Notes under the pieces: generated by a model
What the model was told of the DNA's origin: nothing
Databases searched by the model: none
Seen by the model: the letters and a program-made list of their open reading frames with translations, nothing else
NCBI GenBank assembly: GCA_028534125.1
Contig: CM052818.1
Span: forward strand, 25,608,001-25,672,000
Reading direction: 5' to 3'
Source: Lama glama
Taxonomy: Eukaryota
DNA: 64,000 bases
Part shown: one piece after another, positions 25,964 through 37,917 of the stretch
Layout: the number at the start of each line of letters is the position of its first letter
Position numbering within the stretch: position 1 is the first letter of the stretch
Made by a program: the position numbers and the translations under genes

Positions 25964-28600
25964 TGTTGGGCTGAACCCTTCAGGCCTGCAAGCCTTGTAG
26001 TTGCTCAGATTCAAGTTCAAAGAAAAGAGCCCAGAAACAGTGACAGAGACATCAATGATTTAAAAGATGGGGGATCTTACACATCGGAAGCAAGGCCCTG
26101 GAGCAACACCCCACCATGTGTGTGGCAGACAGCGAGCAGGACATAGCAGCAGCCTTCACTACCCAGGGGAGGAGGCTACCATTTATAGGGGGAATTGACA
26201 CCAGGTTGGCTCATCAGTTACCAGGGAAACCAGCAGCTGAGGCATGAAGCACATCCCTCACAGCCCCTCAAGTTAACGACCATCACGAGGGCAGATGCTG
26301 CCCTTTAATAAACTGGTAGGTGGAGCCGCTCTGGCGTAAGGATTAGAACCATCACTGGCCAGGGCAGGGGGTGAGTGCGTTCATGTGAGCGAGGTGTCAG
26401 TGAAGCAGGGACTGGTCGGCAAGGGGTGTACAAAGAGCAAGAGAACGGCCATCTTAAGTGCTCTGACCTACACTCCACCCCTACACACCCCACATGATCC
26501 TACACTCTGCACAACTCATAATCCTGGTCCATCCCTCTTTCGCGATGTCCCTGGGGTCAGGTATGCAGAGGTGCACTGCAACCCAAATACCACAAGTGCA
26601 ATACAGACAACAAACAGCAGTTAAAAAGTATCAAGAGTGCAAGAGGCGAGCAACCTTTGGAGCCAGGTGCTTATCGGGCCAGTTTTGCACGGAAGTCCAG
26701 AGGAGGACGACAATGGTATCTCGCTGCAGACCCAGCCATCAACTCATTCACAATGAGGCCACTGTTGTCGCCCAGTCTGCGAACAGATTCCCTCCGCTCC
26801 GACTAGGGATGAAAGGTAAGACGTTTAACAGGCACAATACAGGGAAGACTGTGACCGTTAACGAAGACACAAGCAGAGACAGCATTCTGAGATAATACCA
26901 CCCCTGCCGGTGGTTTTTGTCCTGGCCTGCAGTACTGTACCGTCTACCCTCAGTCCCCACAGCCAGTGCCAAATACTGGCAAAGCAGTAAAACAAGACCA
27001 TAGGGTTAATATAATGGTGCCTTCCTCCAGTAGGGGGCCTGAATTAATTACTTTCATAGCCTTAGGTAGAAGAAAGGTGAGATCTGTAATCCTATTCCCT
27101 ACGGGCCAGCAAACCCAAACCAGTGGGGACTTACCTGCCAGACCCGGGGCCATTTTGTGTGTCCCCCTGGGGGTGGATCCTGTGGTAAGGGCAAAACAGA
27201 GTTACTGTCCTGACCAATAGTTGGCCATGGTCCCTTCGTGGTCAACAGTTGAACTCAGATGGTATTGAATAGTCGCCTGTGTTAACATGGCGTAAGCACT
27301 GGGACAACTGCTCCTGGCATGTTCGGTTTTAGTTCATAGGACTTAAGTGAGCCTCCTGATCCACATGTTGGGAGAGCCGCTTTCCCGTCTCAATTGTCGT
27401 TCAGCTAGTCCATCCTTTGAATTAGCCTGGCAGCAGTGGGGTCATAGGGTAGGTATAAAGGCCAGTGTGTATCATTGTTATTGGCCCATCCCTGAACGTC
27501 ATGGCCAGTTAAGTAGATTCCTTGGTCTCTATCGATGTCCATGGGGGACATGGACATATGTCACCCACAGCTGTTCCAGACCCTGAATAGTGGTTTTTTG
27601 CATTGCCTTTTGCAGTGCCTTCCACCTGTTACAATGTATCATAGCCTGCCTATAGCTGCCTTTCCATCACACTATATTGCTGCTCTGCCCACTTCTGCAG
27701 CTGGGAACAGAAGCCCAAGGGTATTCTTATTTTGCTATTGCCACAGGTCCCAACCAAACCCTTCTGGGTAAATGGCTATGTCCAGTTCACAAGTCTGTCC
27801 TAAGTTAGTATCCCTAAAGCCTGTGTCTGTAATTGTTTAGGGGTGGTGGGTCGGGGGCACGTAGGTAATCTAGGTCCTTGTGTTTTGTCTGTATTCATCA
27901 GCCATCCCTGTGATGTCAGATGAGACACGAACATGGGGCTGTACTTTAGACTCTGAGTTAACAAGATATCACCAATATAATGGAAGAGAAAAACATCTTT
28001 TATGGTAGTCAGCTGCCACAGGGCTCCACATGCTGGCGGACAGCCACCTTGGGATCCCACCAACTTTCTGTTCCCTAGCCTTATGTCCCGACATCCAGTG
28101 CTCAAGGAGCTTCCTCGGCCTCGTGGCTGGCTTGTCAATTGTTGGGCTGCACCCTGCAGGCCTGCGAGCCTTGTAGTTGCCCAGCCACGAGAGCAAAGAA
28201 AGAGCACAGAGACAGCAACAGAGACAACAGCTTACCAGACAGGGGATCTTACACGTCTGAAGCAAGGTCTTGGAGCAAAACACCACCTGGTGCAAGAGAG
28301 CAAAACATGGCAGCTACGGGGGCGGGGGGGGGGTTGCTACCATTTATAGGGGGAATTGGCATCAGGTTGGCTCTTCAGTTACCAGGGAAACCAGCCTCAC
28401 AGCCCCTCAGGTTAACGACCATCACGAGGGCAGATGTTTCCTTTTAATAAACTAGCAGGTGGAGCCGATCTGGCCTAAGGGGCCGAGGGTGGAGGGATGA
28501 GCACGTTCATGTGAGTAGCGCGTAGGTGAACCCAGAACTGGTCAAGCAGGGGGTGTACAAAGAGCAAGAGAACAGCCTTCTTGAGTGGCCCGACCACACA
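25964..28600 (-). mobile_element. Internally deleted class III (ERV-L/ERV-S-like) provirus with two LTRs
   Basis: Homologous TG...CA LTRs at 25964-26472 and 28140-28600; 5-bp flanks gacct/gaccc; PBS 28120-28137; purine tract aggggtggag next to the 3' LTR; degenerate RT (HYIGDILL) and integrase (IDRDQG...WPLYLPYDPTAARLIQR) remnants. Confidence 0.9.
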
Positions 28601-29389
28601 GACCCCTAAACGAACAATCTGAGGTGCCTCTGTAAGCCAGAAACCTCCCCGACCGGCTTCCAAGGGGTAGGATCAGATGTAGTGAAGTGTACTTCCTGCA
28701 TTCTCTCCCCTCATTGAAGCCTGACCCAGGGACTGGAGACTGAAGGCAGAAAGCTCCGTGACCCGGAAGCCTGGGCTGAACCCACCAGGCAAAAGAACTG
28801 GGTTGAGCTCAGCAGTAGAAAGTCTGTCACACTGACAGTCTTCCTCTGGAGACATCAGCCAGTGCTCACTTCTAAGGCTTTGAAAGTTGTAAGGCTTCTG
28901 TGTTAAGATTTTACCAATAATCAAAACTTTCAAGTTACAACAAAAGAAGTATATACTCTGTTTCAAGAACTATTTCATCACTTCACCAAAAAAATAAAAA
29001 GTAAACATTTTAAAACAGACATATCTAATTAGTGCAAGGGACTTAACAAGACTGATTTTCCCTAAGCATTTTATATTGAATCTAATGCATGTTGCATCCT
29101 TTCCAAATATATTTCTTGCCTAACAAAAATGGAGGGGTAGCCCTATCAAGACTTATAATTCTGATGTCCGTTGTTTTGTTTTCTTGTGATGTGATCCTTG
29201 CCCAGTTCACTTATTAGCACTCATAATCCACTTCTTTGATTTTACCAAAAACAACAAAGTTAAAACTTGCACACACATACTTGTGTGCCTTTAAAGTCCT
29301 ATAATATGACAGAATTAACATTCAAAATGTTTTATGAAGAAAAAAAACGAAGTCTTGCTTCAGTCAGTGTATCCGCAGTTCTTGACCTC

Positions 29390-29765
29390 TCACTGGGAAG
29401 CTGCAAGATGTCCCTGAATAAGATCCTGAACACGGGACAAGATAATCTCATTAGAACTGTTGCAATTTTCTGGACCATATGGTGGGTCGATAGTCAAGAC
29501 CCCAGCCACACAGAGAGTCTTTTGTGAATCCCCCTGTTCAGTGATGGGGATATGGTTCTTCTCCAGCCATTTCTTTAGGCTGTTCTTTCTCTTTTCCAGA
29601 TCCTCAGGGCTGTATGCCTTGCAGTCTCCACACATGAACAAATTCATCAGCTTCTCTCTCACAGTATGGTCCCCTTCATTCACAATGTCAACAGTCTGCA
29701 CAGCATGTCCCATAATCCCGGTCACAGACATACTGCCATCTTCAAGGATGTTCACGAGGACAACA
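29390..29765 (-). CDS. GEMIN6: GEMIN6 last coding exon
   Basis: ctccaaag| acceptor; VVLVNILEDGSMSVTGIMGHAVQTV...CVAGVLTIDPPYGPENCNSSNEIILSRVQDLIQGHLAASQ*; with the first coding exon gives 501 bp = 166 aa. Confidence 0.96.
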
Positions 29766-30109
29766 CTTTGGAGGAAAAGTAAGTTCAGAGCATAGTGCAA
29801 AAGAAAAACCTAAAGGCCCATAAAACTATGGAAGAAGCAATAAAATGAGAGGCGGCATCAACCCTCAACAGATCACTAGACTAATAGGGAATGCTCTTCC
29901 TCGTTTTAAATTAATCCTCTCACCACCAAATGTTTTCACTTCTTTCATACAAATTCTCTGAGGGTCCTAAACATCTAAACCTTTTGTCCAGCCTAAAGCT
30001 AATCATTGTAGGATGCAGTTAAAACATTACTTAGAGAGTTATAAATGCTTTAAATGTGTATTAGGAAATGAGACAGGGTACAGATTTAACTTTTAGAGTT
30101 AAAAAAAAC

Positions 30110-31690
30110 AACTGAGTAACTCCCCTTCAGAGCAGACCAAAGAAAATAACAAAGCACAAACTTAATGAAACAGAAAACAAGAGTCAATCAGGGGATCATC
30201 AGGCCAAAAGCCAGCTCTTTGAAAAAGACATAAAATTCACAAAACTCAGGCAGGATTAATAAGAGAAAGAAGGCACATACAAATAATATTAGGAATAAGG
30301 CAGCAAAAATTAACTTTTAAAATATTAAGGACAAACTTATGCCAAAAATGTTGAAACTTACAATAGAAAATAGTCTTATAATCTTTAATAAAAACTGAAT
30401 AACCAGTTTCAAATCTTCCCAAGGAGAGGGGAAAAAGACCCAGATAATTTTACCAGGAAGTTCTATAACATTTTCAAGGATCACACATTTCTAATCCAAC
30501 CAAATTCTCCTAGAGACTATAAAAGGGAGGCTATGCCTTTACTTATTTAATGAGGCTAAAACAACCTTGATACTAAAAGCAGAAAAGGACAATATTAAAA
30601 AATAAAACTATAAGCTAATCTCACTCATGAATACAAATGCAAAAATCCTTAACTAAAATACATCATATGATATATAATATGTGATGCAATGTGATGAGAA
30701 CCTCATTTGTGTGGTACTTGTCCCTAAAACCTATAAACTCAGTCTGTTTATGAGACAACATCACACAAACCCAAATTGAGAGACATATAAAATACCTCAC
30801 CAGTACTCCTGCAAAGTGTCAGTGTCATGAAAAACAAGCAAAGACTGAAAAACTGTAACAGATCAGAGGAGACTAAGGAGACATGACTATTAAATGTAAT
30901 GTGTGATCTTGGATTGGATCCTAGAACAGAAGAATGGCACTAGTGGGAAAACTGATAAAATCCAAATGACTGTAATTTAGTTAATATAAATGTTTAGTTT
31001 TGACACATGTTCGATGGTTGTGTAAGCTGAGGGACATTAGGGGAAGCTGGGTATATAGGTGGTCTCTGTACCTTCTTTGCAATTTTTCTGTAAATCTAAA
31101 CTCATTTCAAAATAAAGTGTGTGTGTGTGTATCAACACCTTTAGCCTTGCAAAAAATAAATCTAATCCTAATCAAACTTCTAGATATGAATACTAGAATA
31201 TAAGAAGTAGTGGATAAAAGGACATGTTAAGGTGTACCATGATAATGCAATGAGCTAAATTCAGAGTGTGTTCGATTCTATAAGACAAATGACTTTGTTT
31301 CTTCAACAAATAGATGACATGGAAAATCAGAGAGGAAGTGCAGAGATATATTAAAATTCCTAAGAGACATATCAGCCAAACTGATAAAAAAGAATATAGA
31401 ACGATACCTTTAAAGATGTAAAAAGATATTTTGGATACAATCAGGAAAATCTGAACTCAGACTAGGAATCAGCTAATGTTAAAGTTATTACATTTGTTAC
31501 CTGTTATAATGGTATGGTTACATTTATTAGAGGTTACTTATCTGCTAGAGACATATTAAAGGATTTATGAACAATATTATGTCTGTAATTGGCTTTAACG
31601 TATTTGAAAGGGGAATAAGATTAGTGTTTATTATACTCTTCTATTCACATTTGTGTATTTTTGAAATTTTGCAATAAAAATGTAAAAAAA
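30110..31690 (+). mobile_element. Old LINE-1 fragments in the GEMIN6 intron
   Basis: A-rich L1-like sequence; shares a caaacccaaattgag motif with the L1 near 21870. Confidence 0.7.
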
Positions 31691-31878
31691 GAAGCGTCCC
31701 ATTTCTATGAACTTGGCTGGTCTGACAGAAATCTACAGTTAGAACAGCACTTAGATTCAAAGGAAATTAAATTCTTATGTGGGAATAATTAGCCTTTCAT
31801 TTATCTGCTTTCTTAGTATGGATGCAACACATAGACAGTACAAAGGGGTGACTTCTAGGAAGCAGAACCCATACTCAC

Positions 31879-32003
31879 TTCGCAGAGACTGGGTCTGTGG
31901 TTAAAACCCATCCTTTATACTCCTTGTCACTGGCTGTCACTCTGACTTCTTTATAAGTGTACTCTTGCCATTCTAAGGGGCCTTTCTTCATCCATTCATT
32001 CAT
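31879..32003 (-). CDS. GEMIN6: GEMIN6 first coding exon (Sm-like fold, SMN complex subunit)
   Basis: gcagccATG start; MNEWMKKGPLEWQEYTYKEVRVTASDKEYKGWVLTTDPVSA; gtgagt donor, phase matches the next exon. Confidence 0.96.
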
Positions 32004-32599
32004 GGCTGCCACCTGGCTAGACAGAAAACCACCACCAGTTCGGATTAATACATACGTTCCACACAAGCAAATATCTTATCCCTAATCTCCACCCTAGAGG
32101 TAGAGAACACCTGAGATTTCCCTCAAGTTCCGAATCACGAAAACAGTTAAAACTTACTATTCAATCTGAAAGCCAAAGGGACACCGAGTCGCCGCGAGGC
32201 CCAGTCTGCGGTAACTCACCTGGCACACTTTTATTCCACCCCAATCCCATCCCAGATCGCCTTCACGACAGCTTCGATCTCCGGCTTACAGATTCAACTC
32301 TGCTCTCCTTCGATCAAAGGAACTCACGCCACACCACTATTAGCCAAAACTGAAAAAGAAAACTCCTCTGATATCCACCCACTCCGTCTCTGGCTCTGTG
32401 TCTCCGCTAGACACTCCCGGGAGAGGCCCCTGGATCTGCAACAATGTCCTCTTAAAATTGGTTCGGAGGACACATAAACGAAGGGGCAGTAGCTAACGCT
32501 CTAGAGCTGATTCCCTGGCCTAACCCGAAGCCGCAGGATATTTAGGGTTGTACTCAAACCAAGTGATACTTTACGTCTAATCCTGACAAACGAGAGAAG

Positions 32600-32910
32600 T
32601 ACCAGTTAAAGAGCCTAGCAGCGACGGGCACTCAGCAACCACGCCGGGAGGAAGGAGCCTCTCGAGCCGAGCGCGCCGGGTCCCAGCATGCTTCGCGCCG
32701 TGTCGTCACTTCCTTCCCCCAGAAGTCTCCGTTTTGTAGTCCCCGGCCGCGGTCACACCTAGAGGTCTGGGAGTCGCGGGGCGCGGAGTAATACAAGCAG
32801 GGTGCAGGATGAAGAGTGCGGGTTGCCGCATGAAGAGTGCGGGTTGCCGCTGAGACTGTTGTAGTAAAAATAATCTTCCTTGTTCGCTTGCCCCGCTCCC
32901 GCCTCCACTG
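32600..32910 (-). promoter_or_regulatory. GEMIN6 CpG-rich promoter / first non-coding exon region
   Basis: CpG cluster; ZNF143-like TCCCAGCATGCTTCGCG (32681-32697); ETS-CRE composite GGAAGTGACG on minus near 32704-32713; ACTACA motifs. Confidence 0.75.
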
Positions 32911-35719
32911 CCACAGGGGACATTGTTTAATGCTAGAGGAAAGGCTAGTACCAGCTCCACTTTGGATGTAGAAATGGAATTCCACTTTTGCCATGGATTC
33001 AAAACACATGATTCCCCAGGTAAATCCTAAAGCTCTAGGAGTGTGAGGTGATGGCCCCTTGGAGAAGAACACGGAGCCAACATATTTCTTATTTGGCCTA
33101 TGTAACGCAATTAAGATGCCTGCTCCTTTGGGATGCTCCCTTGTTACTGTGCAGAAACTGGAGAGAAAAGTGCGGGGTTGGGTTGAATAAACGTCCCCAT
33201 CCCCAAGTGAAAAAGTGCAAAAGATTCGCTTCCACCACAGGTTTCTCGTCAGGTGCTTAGTTGGCTTCTGGCATGGACCAGAATTTTTCCCAGACTGTGA
33301 TCCTGAACAATGGTACAAGGTGGTAAATGTTGAGTTCCTGCAAATGTGAGCAACCAAGGGAAATTTACAAAAACTGAGAGGACTATCAAACCGCGATGTA
33401 GAAAATACGGGTGGTAAAATTAGCTTTTCCCTTACTAATTGGGATTTGAGTTCCATATAATCTTTGAATAATATTACTTCTTAATGTCATCATTTCAAAT
33501 AATCCTTCCCCAAACCTTCACTCATTGAATGATTGGTTGATTTATTAATGTGGCTTTTGTAGATTTTGCCTGTTAAAGTCTTCTGTAAATCTACAAAAAC
33601 TAATATAAACAAAGTATTATTATAGTGTGAAGGAAAATATTTGACCTCATAAAAATACAGTCTAAAAGAACTACAGGCAATCTGTGACAACTGGTCATTT
33701 GCATTTTAAGCCTTCTATCTATAGGGCAGGATGAAAGATTTTGGCCTTCGTTTTATATATATATAATTCTACCGGTAGAAGCTAGTATCAAGCTTGTTAC
33801 CCCTTTTAAAGTGATGAGTGAGACAGAGCCACTTCCCTCTCTTCTCTCCCCTATCCCTCTAGTCTCCTAACTAAACTAAAGGCTCATTTCCAATACCTGC
33901 TGATAAAAATCACTGACTTGTAACAGACTGAGCCCAGTTCATTACCATACCCAAGTTCACAGAAAGGCCCTCTCCTGTAGCCCGTCCTCACTGAGTTTAG
34001 CTGGTGTGGCACTTCCTTACCCGGGTCAACTCCTACCCTTGGTCCTGCTGGTGCCTCCTTCATACTCACTTGGTGTCCCTTCTCTCACCAACTGAAAAGT
34101 AGAGAGAACTAAAATGTAAGGCATGAAAGTTTAGAGTACTGCTCCTGTGTTGTTTCTTCTCAAATATGCCCAGGTAATAACTTCTCAAATATGCCCAGTA
34201 CCTTTTATTTCCACTGAGTTCCTCTTACTCGATGAAGTAATCAATCTAAGTGGTAGGAATATACATGTTTTACATAGTTTACTTTTATTTGAAAAAAGAA
34301 GTGGAGTTAACTATTTTTATTTTTCCCTGGAATTGCTTTGGAACAAAATTCAGTACTGAGTTCCAACTCAGTAGTCCAGACAGGAAATAATAAACTCCTA
34401 GCCTGAGTTGATAACAAAAATGAAAAAGAGAAAAAAACTTAGATTCAACAAATATTTCAAAGGAGAAATCAAAGGATTTAGTGATTGATTGTATTGGGGT
34501 AAGGGCATTTTGAGAAGAACGTTGACCCTAAGCCTCTAACAGAAATTCTCTTTGTCCTTTTATTCATTCATAACCCCTTCTTCCTCTTCATTTTTCCAGT
34601 ATCTCAGGCCCCCAAATAGTTATCTACCAAATTAGTTGAGGAAATTTCATCATTAAATAAAAAATGCTTCAATAGAACTTTGTCTGTGCTTATGGCACAG
34701 GAAGGCAACAGTGAGGTACCTCCTCCAAGCTCTTATAAACCAACTCTCAACATTAAATGAGTGTGATCTGATTCATTTGTACAAAGAGACCATCTATAAT
34801 CTGAGTAACCAAAGAATGTGGGAACAACCCATACCCCAAACTAAGTGACCTGGTTGCACCCTCTGGAAGCAGGACTGGAATGGGAGTATATTTCAGTAAA
34901 TGGAACAATTATATTGTATCCTACTTGGACACTCAGTAATCCAGGGTTGGCAGAAGGCAAAGGAAAAAGGCCAGCAAGCAAAAGGTTGGGGGAGGTATTT
35001 CTCAAAGACCCTGAATCTGGAAGGCAGGGACTTTCCAGAGATATATGCATATTGTGGGGAATGGATGATTCATGAAGTCTCACCCTGGCTGGCCTGGAAT
35101 AGATATTCCTAAAACTACCTGCCTCCTTATATTCTGCCTTGTGACTCTTCTACTGGTTTTCTAGGTGCTGTTTATCAGGAGACAGTTCTTGAGATAGAAA
35201 GACGAGCAGTGTCTAGTCAACAGAAAGGAATAGACCAGAAGCTAGGGTCAAAATGTCACATCAGGACATGCAGATAGGTTTAACATCTGCACAGTGTTAA
35301 ATTTTGTTTTTTAATTTGAAAGCCTTTAGGTAAGTTTCCTCTCTCTTCACAGTTTCGGCCACTTTTATTGTTTTACGCTTGGCCCCTTCATGTTTACGTG
35401 ATCTGCCTGATCCCTACAGGAAACTGAGTTTTTGACTCTGGATTAGTCTCTACTGTAAATGAGTAAATTAGTAAATTATCCCTTAATCTCTTGTGAGTTT
35501 GGTGAGAATCAGCCTCAATATGTCTAGTCAACTCTTGGGCCAAGTAAAGGCCAGAACCTGGGCTGTGGGGAGAAACTTCAAGGAAATGCCAGTTGCAAGA
35601 TCTCCTGTTAGATCACCATAGTCTTCTCCAGGTGATTCCTTGATCTCATTGTCACTTTGCCCTTTTCAACTGCGGCCCTCTGATACCATTTCGTAGCATA
35701 TTGTTATTTAATTTGTGTT

Positions 35720-36150
35720 GTGGCAGTTACTGCAGGTTGGCTCATTTAACAATCCTTTCCCACAACCTTCTAATGAGGCTTGAGTGCTAAAACTCAATCT
35801 TCAGCTTCCCTTGCTGGGAGAAGTGACCATATGAAGACTTCTGGCCAATGAGATATATGGAAGTCCCTAAGAAGGCTGCGCCTTCCAAAATAAAGAGGCA
35901 GAAGAAGGAGAAAACCTTTTTTGTCCTTTAACCATTTTTCCTCCAGCCTGCCTCAGGGTGAAACACACTCTTTCCACCATGAGGAGACATGCATAAGAAA
36001 GTCTACATGCCAAACAGAAAAATAAAAGAAAGGAAGAGAGCCACCACAGTCCTGAACTACCTGCCTTTGGGTTTCTTTTGTTTGGAACAAATAAACTCCT
36101 GTCTCTTTAAGCAACTGTTTTAAGTGCTTCCACCACCAACAAAATCATTT
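35720..36150 (+). mobile_element. MLT1-like (MaLR) solo LTR
   Basis: ttctggccaatgagatat and aataaa...ctttaagc motifs typical of MLT1 LTRs. Confidence 0.55.
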
Positions 36151-37538
36151 TCTAATTTATCTCCCTAATAAAGTCCTCAGGAGAGAGACCATGCTTTACT
36201 TTTATACCCTCAGTACCTGGTTCAATGCCTGCATATAGTAGGCACTCAATATATGTTTGTTTAACCAAATAATACATTTTCTATTCATTGGGAAAAGCTG
36301 GGACAAAACACAAAACTGTAACTTAAGCGGAGAGTTACTTATTTCATAAATGACCAAGATAATCTAAGAACAAGCAAAGAAAAAGCAAATTGACAGGTCA
36401 AATTTTAGGCTGGCGAAGCAGGTAACAAAGGGACCTTTGCTTTTTCTAAGGAAGTAATTTAAACCCTCTGCACTGAAGATTATAATATGTTACTATCCTT
36501 ACTAGTAGTAGTAGTAATAATAAATGCATATTAAGTCAATCTTAATGAATAGAGAAAAACCATAAGATAGGAACTATTATTGTCCTTATTTTACATCTAA
36601 GGAAACTAAGGCACAGAAGCTCAAGGCCCCACAGCTAGTAAGTGACAGAGCTAGGATGCAAACGCAGGCAAGTGGGTCAAAGCCTGCCCTCTTATCCACT
36701 ATACCGTCCTAATTAAGTAATGGGGAATAACTCAAGCATAATTGTTCCCCTAAAAGCCTACTTTTAATTAATGAGGAACATGTTTTTCAAAGTAAGCATT
36801 TCTAAATCTGAAATACCAGCTCATCGCTGTGCTCCAGTTGGTTGTTTGGACACCCAAAGCATCAGCATAATGTGTTTTGCCCATGTGTTTTAGGAAGCCA
36901 CTCTGCCAGCAACTTCTGTCTCCAAGGGTGACTGCAAGAAGGATGTAATGGTCTTAGCTAGATGTAATGGTCTGGAAATCAGGGACTGATTTTATCCCTA
37001 AAGCAGGTAGAATACAGAGCCCCATTCCTACAGCTGCTGTTTACTCAGATTAGTCCATTAACAATGGCAACATGGGAGATGCAAGTGGTTTAATTAAGCT
37101 GAAGAGCGGATCTTAATAGAAACTTTACCTTAGGGAGGACAGCTAAAGGGAGGGCTTTGTGGTAACTAAACTCTCCCTCCAACACCTAGTCTTTTTTTTT
37201 TCTACCCAGTGAATCTATCCTCTTGTCCTCCTCCAATTTCTTCAAAAGGTTTATGTGTGCGAAAGGGAGGCCTCTTTCTTCTCTATCCTGTGGCAAGTTA
37301 TGGACCCGTATTTGAGCCTCTTAATGAAAAAGGGTAAAATAAACCATTGATCACACAGGGGAAAATAACTTCTCTGGTATAAAAAGTGTTGTGTATGAGG
37401 AAAAACCAATCAGAGTCTATGCTATTTGAGGCGTCATTGTTTTGAAATGGAAGACCTTAAAGCCTTTTTTCTTTCTCTAACAATTAAATAAAAACATTTA
37501 CAGGGTGCTGGTATTCCTAGTATAGCTACTTTCCCTAT

Positions 37539-37544
37539 TTTATT
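37539..37544 (-). terminator. Candidate TTC39D polyadenylation signal AATAAA
   Basis: tttatt on + strand, about 375 nt past the stop. Confidence 0.5.
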
Positions 37545-37917
37545 TGTGAGCTCTATACATGATCTAGCAAGACGTTAAAAAATATTTTGAGTTTTTAAAA
37601 ATGTTGTCTAACATGATTGATAAATTCATAACATAGAAGAGAGACACTACGTGTTATAATGGACATCATTTGCCTTTTCTTTTTCAAGAATGTGCATCAT
37701 TCCATTTGCCAGTCTAAGACATTCCATTTTATAGGTATGGAGAAGGAAAGAGGGAAAAGTAATGGCCAATTCCTTTCTTCTTTGTTACTGGTCAGATTCT
37801 TAGCAGTTGTCTCTTCTTGGATTTCATCCACAAAGAAATTATTTTTCTACCTTTTAATTACCTTGCTGATTGTAGATACTTCACGCATAATAAACAAAAC
37901 CATACTTTGTGTCTAAA

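Noticed and set aside
25946..28455. Plus-strand ORFs within the ERV, including paired ones such as GSYTSEARPWS / GSYTSEARSWS
   Set aside because: Antisense readings of the two homologous LTRs and the interior, not a duplicated gene.
34156..34198. 18-bp direct repeat cttctcaaatatgcccag with a 7-nt spacer
   Set aside because: An isolated micro-duplication with no supporting context.
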